This document shows, piece after piece, positions 60,444 to 64,000 of a DNA stretch of 64,000 bases (position 1 is its first letter; each line of letters starts with the position of its first letter). This stretch comes from Ignavibacteriales bacterium (lineage in GTDB: Bacteria > Bacteroidota > Ignavibacteria > Ignavibacteriales > SURF-24), in assembly GCA_036261625.1 (NCBI GenBank), contig DATAKL010000009.1, forward strand, positions 1,990 to 65,989. The letters are read 5' to 3'. Position numbers and translations under genes: made by a program. The notes beneath the pieces are model-generated. The model saw only the letters and a list, made by a program, of their open reading frames with translations, searched no databases and was not told the origin of the DNA.

Positions 60444-61889
60444 ATGAAAGACAATGAACGCTATGATGCCGTAGTAATAGGATCCGGGCCAAACGGTCTT
60501 GCTGCAGCCATAACGCTTCTCAAGGCAGGAAAAAGAGTCCTTATAATTGAAGCCAAAGATTCCATCGGGGGCGGAATGAGAACCGGGGAGCTGACACTCC
60601 CCGGGTTTCGTCACGACATCTGTTCGGCTATTCATCCACTGGCCGTGGGATCGCCATTTTTCAGGAGCCTTCCTCTTATGGACTTTGGCCTTAAATGGAT
60701 TTTCCCTCCGGCAGCCCTTGCGCATCCTATGGATAACGGTCAGACGGCGCTTCTGTTAAATTCCGTTACTGAAACGGCCGGAACTCTCCCCGGTGACACT
60801 GAAAATTACATCCGCCTTATTAAACCTGTCCTTTCGAAGTGGAACCTCATACTTCCTGAAGTTCTGGCGCCTTTTCACATCCCGCGGCATCCTTTTGCGC
60901 TTCTCAGATTTGCGCTTCATGGCGTAATGTCTGCATCAAGGCTTGCTGAAAGGAAATTCAGTTCACAGCTTGCCAGGGGATTTTTTGCAGGCCTCTCGGC
61001 ACACTCCATGCTTAGGCTTGAAGAGCCCGTTACCGCGGCTTTCGCGCTTGTCCTTGCCTTGCTCGGGCATTCCTTCGGATGGCCATTTCCTGAAGGGGGT
61101 TCCGGAAACCTTGCGCTGGCGCTTGAAGGATACATAAAATCGCTTGGCGGAGAGTTTCTTCTTAATACCCCGATAGAGAGCATGGCTGATATTCCACCCG
61201 GTAAGGTTCTACTTTTTGACCTTACTCCCAGGCAGATCCTTCATATTGCGGGCAACAGCCTGCCCCGGGGCTATAGACGCCAGATTGAAGGCTACCGCTA
61301 CGGACCGGGGGTCTTCAAGATGGACTTTGCCCTTAAAAGCCCCGTCCCGTTCAACTCCCCCCAGTGCGCTCTTGCAGCAACAGTGCACTTAGGCGGAACA
61401 ATGGAGGAGATAGCACTTTCCGAAAACGAGGTCTTTCAGGGCAGGCATCCCGAAAAACCTTTTGTCATGCTGGCCCAGCAGAGCTTATTCGATTCAACGC
61501 GTGCGCCCTTAGAAAAACATACACTCTGGGCATACTGTCATGTGCCGAACGGGTCTGAGATTGACATCTCCGAAAGGATCATTTCCCAGATAGAGCGTTT
61601 TGCACCGGGCTTCCGCCAAACGATACTTTCAGTCCACAAGATGACATGCCCGGATTTTCAGGACTATAACGGCAATTACATTGGAGGGGACATAAACGGC
61701 GGCATTCAGGACTTAAGGCAGCTGTTTACCAGGCCATACTTCAGCCTTACTCCCTGCAGAACCCCCCTTAAGGGAGTTTATATCTGCTCTTCTTCCACAC
61801 CGCCCGGGGGCGGAGTGCATGGAATGTGCGGCTTTTATGCCGCCAGGGCTGCATTGAAGGATATCTACGGAATAAAAATAAAGTTATAA
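60444..61889 (+). CDS. FAD/NAD(P)-dependent oxidoreductase, phytoene-desaturase-related (COG1233-type)
   Basis: N-terminal dinucleotide-binding motif YDAVVIGSGPNGLAAAITLLKAGKRVLIIE and C-terminal GVYICSSSTPPGGGVHG. Starts 28 nt after norB. Confidence 0.8.
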   Translation: MKDNERYDAVVIGSGPNGLAAAITLLKAGKRVLIIEAKDSIGGGMRTGELTLPGFRHDICSAIHPLAVGSPFFRSLPLMDFGLKWIFPPAALAHPMDNGQTALLLNSVTETAGTLPGDTENYIRLIKPVLSKWNLILPEVLAPFHIPRHPFALLRFALHGVMSASRLAERKFSSQLARGFFAGLSAHSMLRLEEPVTAAFALVLALLGHSFGWPFPEGGSGNLALALEGYIKSLGGEFLLNTPIESMADIPPGKVLLFDLTPRQILHIAGNSLPRGYRRQIEGYRYGPGVFKMDFALKSPVPFNSPQCALAATVHLGGTMEEIALSENEVFQGRHPEKPFVMLAQQSLFDSTRAPLEKHTLWAYCHVPNGSEIDISERIISQIERFAPGFRQTILSVHKMTCPDFQDYNGNYIGGDINGGIQDLRQLFTRPYFSLTPCRTPLKGVYICSSSTPPGGGVHGMCGFYAARAALKDIYGIKIKL

Positions 61890-62059
61890 GTTTTGCCGTA
61901 GATTTCCATTCATCATTTCCTTTAATTTGTTTATAAGCAAATTGAAAACTTCTTTACCCCGGGTTTTCTTCTGCCAAAATGTAAGCTTTTGTAATAATAA
62001 ATCGCACTTTTTTATAACTGCCTTGATCCGATGAAATACTTAAGAGTTCTGCCTGTAAT

Positions 62060-63931
62060 ATGAGCAATATCTTTTTTCGTAAACTGCTATACATTGCGTT
62101 TGTACTTATCACTTTTACTGCCGAAGCAAGCGCATTTACGCTTATGCCTGATACAATTAGGGCAGAGGACATTAACCGCGATTCCATTACAATTTCCAGT
62201 ATAAACAACAAGGATGTAATAGAATCGGTAAAGAAGTTTTCAGAGAAAGATAATTTCTTCTCACGGCTGCTTAAGCACGTCCTCGTTGCAGATGTGGACG
62301 ACCCCAGAAGCAGCAGCTCCAGTGGAGAACAATATAGAAAATATGCCGGGAAAATTATTAGAAACATAGATGTGCGCGTCCTCGACGTCTTCGGCACCTC
62401 GGTAGATCACCCCAATGACACAGCCCAAAGCTGGCTCCAGCAGACAGGCAATGCAGTCCACCTCAATACGCGCTCGTGGCTTATTAAAGACCGCCTTCTT
62501 TTTACTGAGGGGGGCACGCTTTTCCCTTTTGAACTTGCCGAAAGCGAACGCCTCTTAAGACAAAATGACTTTATCTATGATGCCAAGATCCTTGTCAGGA
62601 GCGTTAAAAATGTAAGCGACAGCGTGGACGTCATCGTACTGGTTCAGGACGTCTGGAGCATTACCGGAGGAGCTTCTTATCAGCCGCAGGCTAAAACCGG
62701 CAAGGTTTCCTTAAGAGATATCAACTTCCTCGGTCTCGGCAACGAGATCAACGGCACCGTGAAGTTTGATGACGTTTATAAGAGCGGCTGGGACTGGGAC
62801 GGCAGCTACACGTTCAGCAATATCGACAGGACATACATTACGGGCACACTCTTTCACTTTTCTGAAAGATTTAATCAGCGCTACGGCTTTAATTTTAACC
62901 GCGACTTCTTCAGTCCCGTCACCCGGTATGCCGGAGGAATGGGCATGCAGTGGTCCAGTGACAAGATTGCCGTTCTGAACGATACCACGCATACGATTCG
63001 GGACCTCAGGTTCAACCGGCAGGATTACTGGCTGGGCTATGCTTTTGATCTTAAGCCCTTTGACCCTTACAGTGTCAACTTCAACAGATTTAATTTATCC
63101 TTAAGATTAACCCGCACCCAGTATACTCAGGCTCCGCCAATGGATCCCTTAAGGGCCTTCCAGAACAACACATTTTATCTTGCCCGGCTGGGTTATTCCT
63201 TCAGGACATACTACCGCGACAGGTACCTTTTTGGACTGGGGAAAATTGAGGATATTCCGCTTGGGAGCCTTGCAGAACTGCTCATGGGAATTGAAAGAGG
63301 GCAGTATGCCGACCGCCCTTATCTGGGCTTTAAGACCGGATACAGCAACTACAGCGACAGTTTCGGATATCTCTACGGGGGCTTTCAGATGGGGGGCTAC
63401 CGGCAGAAGAGCAAATGGACAAACGGCGTAATGATACTTGAATCGCTTTTTTACTCAAAGCTTCTGCCTATCGGTAAATTAAAATGGAGGCATTACCTGG
63501 GAACGAGGTATTCCTACAGCTATAACCCGGTTATTGCTGAAGACCTCTTGAACATAAACGGCGATATGGGCTTAAGGGGCTTCGACACGGAGGAAAGGGG
63601 AAATAAAAAACTGGTCCTGAACTACGAGAACGACATTTTCGTACCCTTGAAATTCTTAAACTTCAAGCTCGCCTTTATTACTTTTGCAGACTTTGCCCTC
63701 CTTGCCGGGAAAGATGAGACCCTCTTCCAAAGCAAACTCTACCAGGGCTACGGCATAGGCTTCAGGATTAGAAATGAACACCTGGTGTTTCCAACCTTTC
63801 AGCTCATGCTCGGCTTTTATCCGAATGACGGCATAAAAGGGGGCAACCGCTTTGAAGTCTTCCGCCAGCAGTCGATGTTCTACCACTTTAATCAGTTCCA
63901 GATCTCGGCCCCTTCGGTAGTTCAGTTCTAA
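62060..63931 (+). CDS. Omp85/BamA-family outer-membrane protein (single POTRA-like domain plus beta-barrel)
   Basis: Signal peptide. POTRA-like segment (KIIRNIDVRVLDVFG...DVIVLVQDVWS). Long Gly/aromatic-rich beta-barrel ending in ...VVQF (C-terminal Phe). Confidence 0.6.
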   Translation: MSNIFFRKLLYIAFVLITFTAEASAFTLMPDTIRAEDINRDSITISSINNKDVIESVKKFSEKDNFFSRLLKHVLVADVDDPRSSSSSGEQYRKYAGKIIRNIDVRVLDVFGTSVDHPNDTAQSWLQQTGNAVHLNTRSWLIKDRLLFTEGGTLFPFELAESERLLRQNDFIYDAKILVRSVKNVSDSVDVIVLVQDVWSITGGASYQPQAKTGKVSLRDINFLGLGNEINGTVKFDDVYKSGWDWDGSYTFSNIDRTYITGTLFHFSERFNQRYGFNFNRDFFSPVTRYAGGMGMQWSSDKIAVLNDTTHTIRDLRFNRQDYWLGYAFDLKPFDPYSVNFNRFNLSLRLTRTQYTQAPPMDPLRAFQNNTFYLARLGYSFRTYYRDRYLFGLGKIEDIPLGSLAELLMGIERGQYADRPYLGFKTGYSNYSDSFGYLYGGFQMGGYRQKSKWTNGVMILESLFYSKLLPIGKLKWRHYLGTRYSYSYNPVIAEDLLNINGDMGLRGFDTEERGNKKLVLNYENDIFVPLKFLNFKLAFITFADFALLAGKDETLFQSKLYQGYGIGFRIRNEHLVFPTFQLMLGFYPNDGIKGGNRFEVFRQQSMFYHFNQFQISAPSVVQF

Positions 63932-63935
63932 AACA

Positions 63936-63966
63936 CGCCTGAAGCCCCGGAAGGCGCGGTTTTTTT
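63936..63966 (+). terminator. hairpin plus T-run after the Omp85-family gene
   Basis: CGCCT-gaagccccgga-AGGCG, followed by CGG and TTTTTTT. Confidence 0.5.
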
Positions 63967-64000
63967 GAATTCCTTCTTCATTGAAAAATGCCGGAAATAA

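Overview
64-kb chromosomal window, probably from an FCB-group bacterium (Ignavibacteria/Bacteroidota-like). That placement is inference from a T9SS C-terminal sorting domain with the NYPNPFNPTT motif, a DUF4295-like small protein and many ECF/TonB envelope genes. I support about 58 protein-coding genes and recognised no rRNA, tRNA or CRISPR array. All family calls come from motifs read by eye; no database search was possible.

Layout:
- 1-32.4 kb, mostly core genes: a MacB/Lol-like ABC operon, GHL10-type lipoprotein, peptidase U32, proS, rsmI-like, Nfu, AKR, PPK2, SCO1 plus PCuAC, 5'-nucleotidase, ELP3-like radical SAM, ADP-forming acetyl-CoA synthetase, valS and PspC.
- 32.4-50.7 kb, an accessory island that looks more AT-rich by eye. 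It is bracketed by two roughly 90 percent identical direct copies of an MNT antitoxin gene. It carries MNT/HEPN, a membrane-anchored MutS-domain-V ATPase, an AbrB-PRiA4_ORF3 fusion, two ECF sigma/anti-sigma modules with extracytoplasmic partners, and a GIY-YIG gene. It also carries a truncated rve-type transposase hit by an IS256-family element with a 9-bp target duplication, a propeller lipoprotein plus a 1098-aa T9SS cargo, and a ParE/RelE-type TA pair.
- 50.7-64 kb: lepB, a third ECF/anti-sigma pair, TPR-thioredoxin, PRC-barrel protein, sodC, qNOR, a CrtI-like oxidoreductase and an Omp85-family protein.

The most unusual signal is non-coding. A dispersed family of GC-rich, modular multi-hairpin repeats lies just past gene 3' ends (133-252, 16669-16926, 25581-25897, 33109-33159, 52308-52425). 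Related elements occur at 7121-7688 (tandem array), 9030-9118 and 20780-20922. Module order and linker sequences are conserved, while hairpin stems differ between copies yet stay complementary. That points to selection on structure, as in REP/BIME-like or MITE-like elements or a structured RNA.
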